DNA of 64,000 bases from Dehalococcoidia bacterium. Lineage in GTDB: Bacteria; Chloroflexota; Dehalococcoidia; Lucifugimonadales; UBA3495. The stretch covers positions 3,996,974 to 4,060,973 of the forward strand of contig OZ247426.1 in the NCBI GenBank assembly GCA_965232835.1. Reading direction: 5' to 3'. Below the pieces are notes generated by a model. The model made no database searches. It was given only the letters and a program-made list of their open reading frames with translations, and was not told the DNA's origin. Of this stretch, positions 55,196-63,193 are shown one piece after another. Within the stretch, counting starts at the first letter, position 1, and every line of letters begins with the position of its first letter. A program made the translations under genes and the position numbers.

Positions 55196-56215
55196 ATGCG
55201 AGCAGCAGTATACAAGGGCGAACAGGTCTTGCAGGTTGAGGATGTTCCAGACCCGGTGCCGGGGCCGGGACAAGCGGTGATGAAGGTCAGGTATGCCGCC
55301 ATCTGCGGCACCGACGTTCACGCGTTCATGTACGACATAGCCAAGCCGGGTACAGTGTTGGGGCACGAGTTCGCGGGGACGATAGTCGACGTCGGCGACG
55401 GGGTGTCGCGAGTCAGGAGCGGCGACCGCGTGGTCGGAGGCGGCGGGCAGGCTCCTCCCGGCACACCTCCGGGACCAAGGGCCAATCCCCGGTTTAACTA
55501 TCGCACCATGGGATTCCAGCACAATGCCCGGCAGCTGGGCTACGCCGAGTACGTGCTGATGGATGAGTGGGAGTTCACCCCGGTCCCTGATGACGTGACC
55601 GACGAACAGGCGTCGCTGACTGAACCCTGTGCTGTGACCGTCCACGCCGCGCGCTTGTCGGACATCAAGCTGGGCGACGCCGTGGTGGTGCTGGGAGCGG
55701 GGCCCATCGGCCTGCTGTGCATGCAGACGGCGCGGGCGGCCGGAGCTACGACCGTGATCGTGTCGGAGCCGGCGCCGGCCCGGGCCGAGGCTGCGCGGCG
55801 ACTGGGAGCGGACGCGGTGGTCAACCCGTTGCAGGACGACCTGGAGACACGGGTGTTGGAGCTGACCGGCGGCATCGGCCCGCAAGTGGTGTTCGAGTGC
55901 GCCGCTGCGCCGTCGACCATGGAGCAGGCACTGGACCTCTGCGCCAAGGGCGGCCAGGTGGTTATGCTGGCCATAGCGTGGGAGCCGACGGCGGTGTTGC
56001 CGCCCAACTGGATGGCGCGTGAGGTTCGGATGCAGTCATCGTTCGGCACGCAGCCACAGGACTGGCGGATCGCGCTGGACCTGATGCGAAAGGGTCTGGT
56101 GTCGGTGGACCACATGCTGAGCGCCACCAACTTCGTGCCCATAGAGGGAATCCAGGGGGCGTTCGAGGCACTGTGCCGCCCGTCCTCGGAGTTGCAGATG
56201 GTGGTGGAGTTTTAG
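55196..56215 (+). CDS. Zn-dependent dehydrogenase (MDR family)
   Basis: 339 aa. MRAAVYKGEQVLQVEDVPDP...AICGTDVHAF...GHEFAGTIVDVG...VLGAGPIGLL. Confidence 0.85.
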   Translation: MRAAVYKGEQVLQVEDVPDPVPGPGQAVMKVRYAAICGTDVHAFMYDIAKPGTVLGHEFAGTIVDVGDGVSRVRSGDRVVGGGGQAPPGTPPGPRANPRFNYRTMGFQHNARQLGYAEYVLMDEWEFTPVPDDVTDEQASLTEPCAVTVHAARLSDIKLGDAVVVLGAGPIGLLCMQTARAAGATTVIVSEPAPARAEAARRLGADAVVNPLQDDLETRVLELTGGIGPQVVFECAAAPSTMEQALDLCAKGGQVVMLAIAWEPTAVLPPNWMAREVRMQSSFGTQPQDWRIALDLMRKGLVSVDHMLSATNFVPIEGIQGAFEALCRPSSELQMVVEF

Positions 56216-56287
56216 AGGAGGCCTGCTGGTCCTGGCTTCGGCTGGTCAATATAGGGATCGGGACCCTGTAACTCTACGGCGATTGGT

Positions 56288-57007
56288 ATGAGCGACTGTC
56301 CGAACTGCGGTGCGCCCTCCGAAGGTGCGGCCAACTACTGTGTGCGATGCGGCAGCCGGATGGGTCTTGGCTGTCCAGCTTGTGGCACCGTCAACCGGGC
56401 CGAAAGCCAGTACTGCCACGCCTGCGGTTCTGTTTTGGTGGCGGCGCCGCCCACCGCTCCTGCCGTTTCCATCCCATGCCCGCGCTGCCAGTCCCTGAAC
56501 GCACCGCGCATAACATTTTGCTACTCCTGTGGCCTGCCCCTGGACGAATTTGGCGGCGCCCCGAGGTCAACGGCGATGGGTGTCGGGGTGCTGGAGGGAA
56601 CGCCTGCGGGGTTCTGGATAAGGTTGCTCGCATGGCTCATCGACGCGATTGTCCTGGTCATCGTTCAGCTGATCCTACTCACCCTGATGCCGGGAACGTC
56701 CATCGAGGCCTATTACTCCAGCGACGCCTTGTGGACTGCTGCAGACAGCATCATGACCATCGTCGGCGCGATCTATTACACCGTAGGGGTTTCCGTGTTT
56801 TCGACTACAGTCGGCAAACGATCCCTGGGCCTTTACGTTCTGAGACCGGACGGGTCGAAGGTGAGCGGCCTGCGTGCCTTGGGGAGACACGTGGCCAGCG
56901 GCCTCTCAGCGCTGCTGCTGTTCATCGGGTACCTGATGATTGCGTTCAGCAGCGACAAACGGGGGTTGCACGACCATATCTGCGATACCGTCGTGGTCAG
57001 AAAATAG
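56288..57007 (+). CDS. RDD-family membrane protein with three N-terminal zinc-ribbon motifs
   Basis: 239 aa. CPNCG...CVRCG, CPACG...CHACG and CPRCQ...CYSCG, then FWIRLLAWLIDAIVLVIV (RDD core) and TM helices. Confidence 0.75.
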   Translation: MSDCPNCGAPSEGAANYCVRCGSRMGLGCPACGTVNRAESQYCHACGSVLVAAPPTAPAVSIPCPRCQSLNAPRITFCYSCGLPLDEFGGAPRSTAMGVGVLEGTPAGFWIRLLAWLIDAIVLVIVQLILLTLMPGTSIEAYYSSDALWTAADSIMTIVGAIYYTVGVSVFSTTVGKRSLGLYVLRPDGSKVSGLRALGRHVASGLSALLLFIGYLMIAFSSDKRGLHDHICDTVVVRK

Positions 57008-57025
57008 CCGCAGGGCCCGTGTGTA

Positions 57026-57907
57026 ATGGTACTGCTGGGATACGCGGTCCTCGCCTTCGCCCCGGGGCTTTTCTGGCTCTGGTTTTTCGTGCGGGGCCGC
57101 GCTTATCGCCCCAAGCCGAGGCGGTTGCTGGTCTTTGCGTTCCTGCTGGGAATGGTATCAACGATTCCGGCCGGCGGCGCTGAGTACCTCCTCCTCAGGG
57201 ACGACGACTTGCGGGTCGGCGATGGCATCGTTGGTGCCATGGCCGCAATGCTTTTCGTGGTTGGTCCGGCGGAAGAGCTGAGCAAATTCCTGGCCGTGCG
57301 CCTGGGGCCGTACCGTTCGCTCTACTTCGACGAACCCCGCGACGGCCTGGTGTATGCCGTGGCGGCGAGCCTGGGATTTGCGTCGCTGGAGAACCTGGTC
57401 TACATCCTGTCTTTCGGGCCCGAGGTAATGGTGGGGCGGGCCCTCTTCAGCACCCTGGCCCACGTCATTTTCGGAAGTTTCTGGGGCATAGCCCTGGGGG
57501 TCCAGATGCAGAGGCACAGGAGGGGGCGAGGCTTCTGGCTGGTGGGCGGGCTTACCGTGGCGGCAGTTGTGCACGGAGTGTTTAATATACTGGTGCTGAC
57601 CCTGTCTCCCTTGGCCCTGCTATCGCTGCTGTTTCTGATGGGACTGGGGCTGTGGTGGACGCTCAGCCGGTTCCGCTGGGCGCAGCGCGTCTCCCCATTC
57701 CGGCTGCGTCGCAACTATCCGAGGGCTGCCTGCAGACAGTGCGGACAACTGAACATCGTCAGCAGCCGTTTCTGCCAGCACTGCGGGTTGGCGGGGCCGT
57801 CTCCCAGTCCGTCGAGCCTTGTGTGCAGTCACTGCATAACGCCGGTCAGGCCTGACGCGACATTCTGTACGAGTTGCGGTGACATTCTGCTGCGATGGTC
57901 GAGCTGA
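57026..57907 (+). CDS. PrsW-family intramembrane metalloprotease with two C-terminal zinc ribbons
   Basis: 293 aa. EELSKFLAVRL, FASLENLVY and HVIFGSFWG are PrsW motifs. The C-terminus has CRQCG...CQHCG and CSHC...CTSCG. Confidence 0.75.
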   Translation: MVLLGYAVLAFAPGLFWLWFFVRGRAYRPKPRRLLVFAFLLGMVSTIPAGGAEYLLLRDDDLRVGDGIVGAMAAMLFVVGPAEELSKFLAVRLGPYRSLYFDEPRDGLVYAVAASLGFASLENLVYILSFGPEVMVGRALFSTLAHVIFGSFWGIALGVQMQRHRRGRGFWLVGGLTVAAVVHGVFNILVLTLSPLALLSLLFLMGLGLWWTLSRFRWAQRVSPFRLRRNYPRAACRQCGQLNIVSSRFCQHCGLAGPSPSPSSLVCSHCITPVRPDATFCTSCGDILLRWSS

Positions 57908-57995
57908 CGGAACAGGTTCTAGAGGGAATGAGGTGCTTTTGTGGGGAGGTTATCAGGCCGTCACGAAACGGAGAAGGGAGAGGACGGTAAACAAG

Positions 57996-58070
<75 letters not shown>

Positions 58071-58402
58071 TCGTTCCACCGCCGGAGGCAGCGACCAAGG
58101 CAAAGACTAGATCTCTATTATAGCAAACATTGGTCGAGATGTGACAATACTCATGGCGGCCCAATTGCGCGCTTGATTTGCCGGGCGGAAACCTGCTTTG
58201 GTACTGGCGGGCAGCCGAGTTTGCTCTTGCCCGCTGGCAGCGTGTCCCAGCCTGGTAGTCTGTCGGGCAGTGTTCAAACCGGGAGGGCGGGACCGGACGG
58301 ACATTGCGATTTGGTTTCTCCGATGTACGGGTTGACTCACGTTGCAGGCCTTTCGCCACAGGGCCGGAGCGGGATAAAATGGAGGCAGGCGACGCATCCT
58401 GC

Positions 58403-58492
58403 GGAGGGATGGCCGAGTGGACGATGGCGGCGGTCTTGAAAACCGTTATGCAGGCAACTGTATCGTGGGTTCGAATCCCACTCCCTCCGCCA
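58403..58492 (+). tRNA. tRNA-Ser (anticodon UGA)
   Basis: GGAGGGATGGCCGAGTGGACGATGGCGGCGGTCTTGAAAACCGTTATGCAGGCAACTGTATCGTGGGTTCGAATCCCACTCCCTCCGCCA. It has a long variable arm, the anticodon loop CTTGAAA, and an encoded CCA. Confidence 0.9.
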
Positions 58493-58526
58493 TCAGATAG
58501 TGATTAGGTTTCAGATTAGCTACACA

Positions 58527-58560
58527 GGGGAGTTGCCTAGGAGGCAACTCTCCCTTTTTT
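58527..58560 (+). terminator. rho-independent terminator after tRNA-Ser
   Basis: ggggagttgcc-tagga-ggcaactctccc followed by TTTTTT. Confidence 0.6.
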
Positions 58561-58624
58561 GTACACGCGATCCGTATACAATGTAGACAACTCCCCTGCG
58601 TGTACAAAAATAGCGGGCGTAGCG

Positions 58625-59055
58625 ATGCCAAAGAGGTTGCACAACGCCCTGAACCTGAAGCAGATCACGACCCTTGGCTCCGGCACCCACTCGGACGGCG
58701 GCGGGTTGGCGCTCCGTGTGGACGACCGCGGGAACCGGCGTTGGCGGTGTTGCGGGACGCCTGGACACTTGGGAGCGGCGAGGGACTGGTATTCCCTGCC
58801 AAAGAGGGCGGGGCAATGAGCGATATGGTCTTCACCGCCCTGTTGCGCCGCCTGAAGCTCGATTCAGTCCCCCACGGGTTCCGCTCTTCATTCAGGGATT
58901 GGTGCGCAGAACACGAGATAGCCCGGGATCTGGCAGAGGCCAGCCTGTCGCACTCCCTGGGGGCGACCACGGTCGAAAACATCTACCTGCGCTCCGACCT
59001 GCTGGACCAGAGGCGGGGGCTGATGCAGCAGTGGGCGGATTATCTCTCGAGCTGA
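58625..59055 (+). pseudogene. P4-type tyrosine integrase with large internal deletion and frame change
   Basis: N-terminal piece: MPKRLHNALNLKQITTLGSGTHSDGGGLALRVDDRGNRRW (DUF4102-like arm-binding start). It joins, in another frame, the catalytic C-terminus LVFPAKEGGAMSDMVFTALLRRLKLDSVPHGFRSSFRDWCAEHEIARDLAEASLSHSLG..VENIYLRSDLLDQRRGLMQQWADYL, which has HxxR and the catalytic Tyr. About 230 aa of a normal integrase are absent. Confidence 0.7.
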
Positions 59056-59085
59056 TTACAGTCACCGGACCGGATAAACCAGCAA

Positions 59086-59109
59086 GGGCGGGACCACTCC
59101 CGCCCTTTT
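59086..59109 (+). terminator. rho-independent terminator
   Basis: gggcggg-accact-cccgccc followed by TTTT. Confidence 0.55.
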
Positions 59110-59192
59110 CCTGTGATTACTGACAGTTGGCCGTGGACGCTGGTCCAGAGGCGGTGCTACGTTAAAGGACAGGAACATACGTCGTTGAGAGG

Positions 59193-59543
59193 ATGTCAAT
59201 GTCCATTGGAGTCCCGAAGGAACTCAAAGAGGATTGCAAAACCCTACTTCTTGACGGGCTAATTCTTGAAGGACTAATTCGAGAACCGGTCAGAGCGGAT
59301 TTGCAATGGTCGAATTCGCAAAGGACCGCTATCGGCTTTCTGACTTACAAAGGGGGGGTCGAGGAAATCGAAACCGGACACTATCGCATTACAGCGGTTG
59401 GGCGTGAGTACGCAGATGAGTTGTTTGCACCCCGAGGGTTCTGGTTCAGGCGCAACTGGTTCCCTGCAACGGTGGCGGCGATTGCCTCAGTGTCATCAAT
59501 CGGCGGAATAGTCGTCAACGTAGTGTTCCGGGCCACCGGCTAG
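59193..59543 (+). CDS. hypothetical tail-anchored protein, WFRRNWF motif (paralogue of 60126..60461)
   Basis: 116 aa. The alternative ATG at 59199 is better spaced from GAGAGG. ...TGHYRITAVGREYADELFAPRGFWFRRNWFPATVAAIASVSSIGGIVVNVV. Confidence 0.5.
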   Translation: MSMSIGVPKELKEDCKTLLLDGLILEGLIREPVRADLQWSNSQRTAIGFLTYKGGVEEIETGHYRITAVGREYADELFAPRGFWFRRNWFPATVAAIASVSSIGGIVVNVVFRATG

Positions 59544-59594
59544 GACGCTCTACTAAGTGCGCTCCACAGTGACAAGTAAAGGATTGCAGGGGTC

Positions 59595-60050
59595 ATGTCT
59601 ATGGAGAAGTGGGTCGCCCTTGTAGGCGGAAGTGCGGGATTTCTCTCTCTCTTTCTGACACTGATTTTTTGGTTGTTTCCCTCTAAGGTCGGGGCCGGCG
59701 ACCGCTTCGTGAATTGGCTTTGCACCAACGGACCCCTGTGGCCCTTCGCCCGTGTGAAACGTGCCAGGGCGCTGGGACGGCTGATCGAACCCAGAACCCA
59801 CGACAATTTTGCCCAATTGGAAGAGCGCGCGGATGCAGCCTGGGAGTTGTTAGCCCTTCTGGACCCTGTGAGACAGAGGCATCACAAGTGGTTTGTGCAG
59901 GGGTACAAGGATGTAGATGGTGTGATTTATCCGTACAAGCACCGGTTCGTCGAGTTCAAGATAGCGTGGTGCCTGTTCTGGCGAGGGGAATCCTACCGAA
60001 AGTTTCAGAACCGACTGGCCGATTTGAACCGCAACGTACAGAGACGCTAA
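59595..60050 (+). CDS. hypothetical protein with N-terminal TM helix
   Basis: 151 aa. WVALVGGSAGFLSLFLTLIFWLF, then a W/R/K-rich soluble part. No family recognised. Confidence 0.45.
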   Translation: MSMEKWVALVGGSAGFLSLFLTLIFWLFPSKVGAGDRFVNWLCTNGPLWPFARVKRARALGRLIEPRTHDNFAQLEERADAAWELLALLDPVRQRHHKWFVQGYKDVDGVIYPYKHRFVEFKIAWCLFWRGESYRKFQNRLADLNRNVQRR

Positions 60051-60125
60051 TACTTCGCTAAGCCCCGCTTCAGTTGGGGCGACAACTGGTCAGGGAATGG
60101 AATCCTCAGGTGTTGGGAGGTAGCG

Positions 60126-60461
60126 GTGGTCAAGGGAGTATCCAAAGAACTGGAAAACATGATTCGCTCGGAGCTGAGCAATTTGGTGAACGGCGGGCCG
60201 GGCTCAATGGCTTTCACCCACTTGAACATCGACCCACTGGAAAGGGACGCAATCCAGTATCTGGTGGACATTGGGGCTTTCGAGAACGTGGGAACCGGCT
60301 CATTCAGGCTCACGGCCCAAGGGCGGGCATACTGGGAGCAGCTACAGGCCCCCCGCTGGTACTGGTTCAGGCGCAACTGGTTCGCAGCGTCGGTGGCAGG
60401 GGCGACCATAGTGGCGGCATCGGTTTCAGCGGCTGCCAACATCGTCAACCTGATCGTATAG
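60126..60461 (+). CDS. hypothetical tail-anchored protein, WFRRNWF motif (paralogue of 59193..59543)
   Basis: 111 aa. GTG start 5 nt after GGGAGG. ...TGSFRLTAQGRAYWEQLQAPRWYWFRRNWFAASVAGATIVAASVSAAANIV. Confidence 0.5.
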   Translation: MVKGVSKELENMIRSELSNLVNGGPGSMAFTHLNIDPLERDAIQYLVDIGAFENVGTGSFRLTAQGRAYWEQLQAPRWYWFRRNWFAASVAGATIVAASVSAAANIVNLIV

Positions 60462-61247
60462 AAGCCCCTCGGCACCAATCCGCCACATAGAACCCACACC
60501 TCAGCTCAGGCCACCTGTGCTGGTACAGGGACAGGAACGCCCTTCCGGTGCCCCTGCCGGGCAGATAGAGCATCATCATCACCCCTGCGGCTCCTGAACC
60601 AGCACCAGTCTGCGCTCGGGGCCTCGGCCCTCGAATCCCGTCTTGGGAATACACAGTCAGTTGCATTCGCAATTCCAGGAGGGGTGCAAAGGAACCTTTT
60701 GGTGCCGCTAGTAGACAGGTAGTGTAGGCCAAGCTGCTTGCGAGCATCAGTACTGAGGTGCCACGGCAATCCCTCCCACGGCACCGGACGCATCATGTCA
60801 ACAACCAAAAGCTCGCCACGATGGCGATTCAAAGGACGATCGAGAAAACACTGGAATCTGCTGCTTCTGGGGTAGCTTTATCAGTGGTAGCTTTCTCGCA
60901 GACAGATGACCTGCCTCGCGCTTCTCGATTCAGCTCTCTGGAAGGGCTTCTGTGATACAGTCCGCCTCTGAGAAACTCGACAAGGCCTGAGCGCCACTTG
61001 CCTCAGATGGAAGCTAGTCGATTTACGGGGCTGGACAAACTTACATGCCCACAGCGCTCCGGAGGGTAGGGCGCCAATCACCAATTTTGGGGACGCCTTT
61101 ATCGGCGTGGTAGGTGAAACTGGAGTGCCATTCCAGAGGGGCGAAATGTAACGCCTTTCAGCGAGTGGCAAGGATGACTTCAGAGAAGCCGATTTACCTG
61201 CAAACTCCAAGTTTCCGAGCGAACAGATGCACGTGGAACAGTTGGCA

Positions 61248-61278
61248 TTGACAAACGATTTGATCGATGAAATATAGT
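61248..61278 (+). promoter_or_regulatory. candidate sigma70-like promoter for the moxR operon
   Basis: TTGACA (61248-61253) and TATAGT (61273-61278). The 19-nt spacer is longer than optimal, so this is weak. Confidence 0.3.
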
Positions 61279-61309
61279 TTGTGAGTAATTGAAGGAGCCT
61301 GCAATTGAC

Positions 61310-62305
61310 ATGTCGACCCTAGCTGGCTTTCGACAGATAAACGATCTGGTGGAAAAGGAGGCGCGGTTCGTCCAGGTGCTGGACGCGGAGATTCGCAAGG
61401 CGATAATCGGCCAGGACCGGCTGGTGGAGCGTGCCCTGGTAGCCCTGCTTGCCGACGGGCACATCCTGCTGGAGGGCGTGCCCGGGTTGGCGAAGACATT
61501 GCTGGTCAAGACCATCGGCCAAGCCATCCAGGCCGGGTTCTCCCGGATCCAGTTCACTCCCGACCTGCTGCCCTCCGATCTTATCGGCACACGAATATAC
61601 AACCCGCGCACAGGGGACTTCAGCGTTCAGAAGGGCCCGGTCTTCTCCAACCTGGTTCTGGCAGACGAGGTGAACCGGGCACCGGCCAAGGTGCAAAGCG
61701 CTTTGCTGGAAGCGATGCAGGAGGGGCAGGTAACCATAGGTGATGAGACCTTCCCGATCGATGCTCCGTTCCTGGTGCTGGCTACCCAGAACCCCATCGA
61801 GCAGGAGGGCACCTACCCGCTTCCCGAGGCGCAGGTGGACCGTTTCATGCTCAAGGTGATCGTGGATTACCCGGCACGCTCCGAGGAAAGGGAGATCATC
61901 GAGCGCATGACTTCGGGCGCCCCGCTTAACGTGCAGCCCGTGGTGGATGCCCAGTACATCCTGAGCGCCCGGGAAATCGTTCGCCAGGTCTACGTTGACG
62001 AAAAGATCAAGGATTATGTGATCGACCTTGTGATTGCGACCAGGAACCCCGCAGCGGCAGGCCTCGACAACCTGGTAAACCTGATCTCCTTCGGGGCGTC
62101 CCCCCGGGCCGGCATCTTCCTGATAGCCGCCGCCCGGGCCTATGCCTTCGTCAAGGGGCGAGGCTACGTGGTCCCCGACGACATCAAGCAGCTCGCGCCA
62201 GACGTTCTGCGGCACCGGGTCATAACGACCTTCGAGGCTGAGGCACAGGATGTGACAAGCGAGCAAATAGTCCAGCGCATACTGGAAAACGTCGAAGTGC
62301 CGTAG
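61310..62305 (+). CDS. moxR: MoxR-family AAA+ ATPase
   Basis: ORF 61289..62305. The ATG at 61310, after GAAGGAG, is preferred. Motifs: GVPGLAKT (Walker A) and LLADEVNRAPAKVQSALLEAMQEGQVT. Confidence 0.9.
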   Translation: MSTLAGFRQINDLVEKEARFVQVLDAEIRKAIIGQDRLVERALVALLADGHILLEGVPGLAKTLLVKTIGQAIQAGFSRIQFTPDLLPSDLIGTRIYNPRTGDFSVQKGPVFSNLVLADEVNRAPAKVQSALLEAMQEGQVTIGDETFPIDAPFLVLATQNPIEQEGTYPLPEAQVDRFMLKVIVDYPARSEEREIIERMTSGAPLNVQPVVDAQYILSAREIVRQVYVDEKIKDYVIDLVIATRNPAAAGLDNLVNLISFGASPRAGIFLIAAARAYAFVKGRGYVVPDDIKQLAPDVLRHRVITTFEAEAQDVTSEQIVQRILENVEVP

Positions 62306-63193
62306 ATGCTCACCGACGACCTGATCGCACGGATCCGGCGGATCGAGATCACAACCCGGAAGCTTGTCGACGAAAGTTTCGCCGGGGAGTACCAGTCTGT
62401 GTTCAAGGGACGCGGAATGGAGTTCGACGAGGTGCGCCAGTATCACCCCGGCGACGATGTGCGCTCCATAGACTGGAACGTGACCGCCAGGACCGGTGAG
62501 CCCCACGTCAAGAGCTACATCGAAGAGCGGGAACTCACGGTGATGCTGGTTGTGGACGTCAGCGCCTCAGGGGACTTTGGAACGCGCAACCGCTTCAAGC
62601 GGGAGCTGGCTGTGGAGTTGGCTGCGGTCATGTCCTTCGCTGCCACCACCAACAACGACAAGGTGGGGCTGCTGCTGTTCACCGACCGGGTGGAGTCGCT
62701 GGTGCCGCCAAGGAAGGGGCGAAGCCACGTCCTCAGGATGGTGCGGGACCTGCTGCTGTTTCAAGCCGAGGGCACTGGCACCGACATTACGCTGGCGCTG
62801 AACACGGTCCACCGGATGCTGAAGAGGCGCAGCATAGTCTTCCTGGTTTCCGACTTTTTGGCCGATCCTGAGTCCTACCGGCAGGCCATGCTGGTCGCCA
62901 ACCGGCGGCACGACGTGGTGGCCTTCGACCTCAGCGACCCGCTGGAGCACGAGATCAGCAACGTGGGCGTGATAGCGCTGGAAGATGCCGAGAGCGGACA
63001 GATGCGCTTGGTGGACACCGGAAGCAGGGAGTGGCGAGAGGAGTTCAGTGGCAGGGTGGCCCGGCTGGAGGAGGACAAGCGCGAGGTCTTTATAGCTGCG
63101 GGCGTGGACGGCGTGGGAGTCACCACTGCAAGGGACTATGTGGCCGAGGTCGGTGCGTTCTTCAAGACCCGGCTGCAAAGGCTGGGGAGATGA
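62306..63193 (+). CDS. DUF58 (vWA-like) protein, MoxR partner
   Basis: 295 aa. Starts directly after the moxR stop. GEYQSVFKGRGMEFDEVRQYHPGDDVRSIDWNVTARTGEPHVKSYIEERE. Confidence 0.85.
   Translation: MLTDDLIARIRRIEITTRKLVDESFAGEYQSVFKGRGMEFDEVRQYHPGDDVRSIDWNVTARTGEPHVKSYIEERELTVMLVVDVSASGDFGTRNRFKRELAVELAAVMSFAATTNNDKVGLLLFTDRVESLVPPRKGRSHVLRMVRDLLLFQAEGTGTDITLALNTVHRMLKRRSIVFLVSDFLADPESYRQAMLVANRRHDVVAFDLSDPLEHEISNVGVIALEDAESGQMRLVDTGSREWREEFSGRVARLEEDKREVFIAAGVDGVGVTTARDYVAEVGAFFKTRLQRLGR

Noticed and set aside
59094-59105. Partial match (ccactccc...gcc) to the 3' end of tRNA-Ser as a candidate attR. A second weak match, ctcgaatccc, lies at about 60629-60638.
   Set aside because: The matches are only 9-11 nt, and the first is part of a terminator stem. 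That is too short to call by eye and needs a scored alignment.
61319-62506. 395-aa minus-strand ORF.
   Set aside because: It is antisense to moxR/DUF58, which carry Walker A/B and DUF58 signature motifs.
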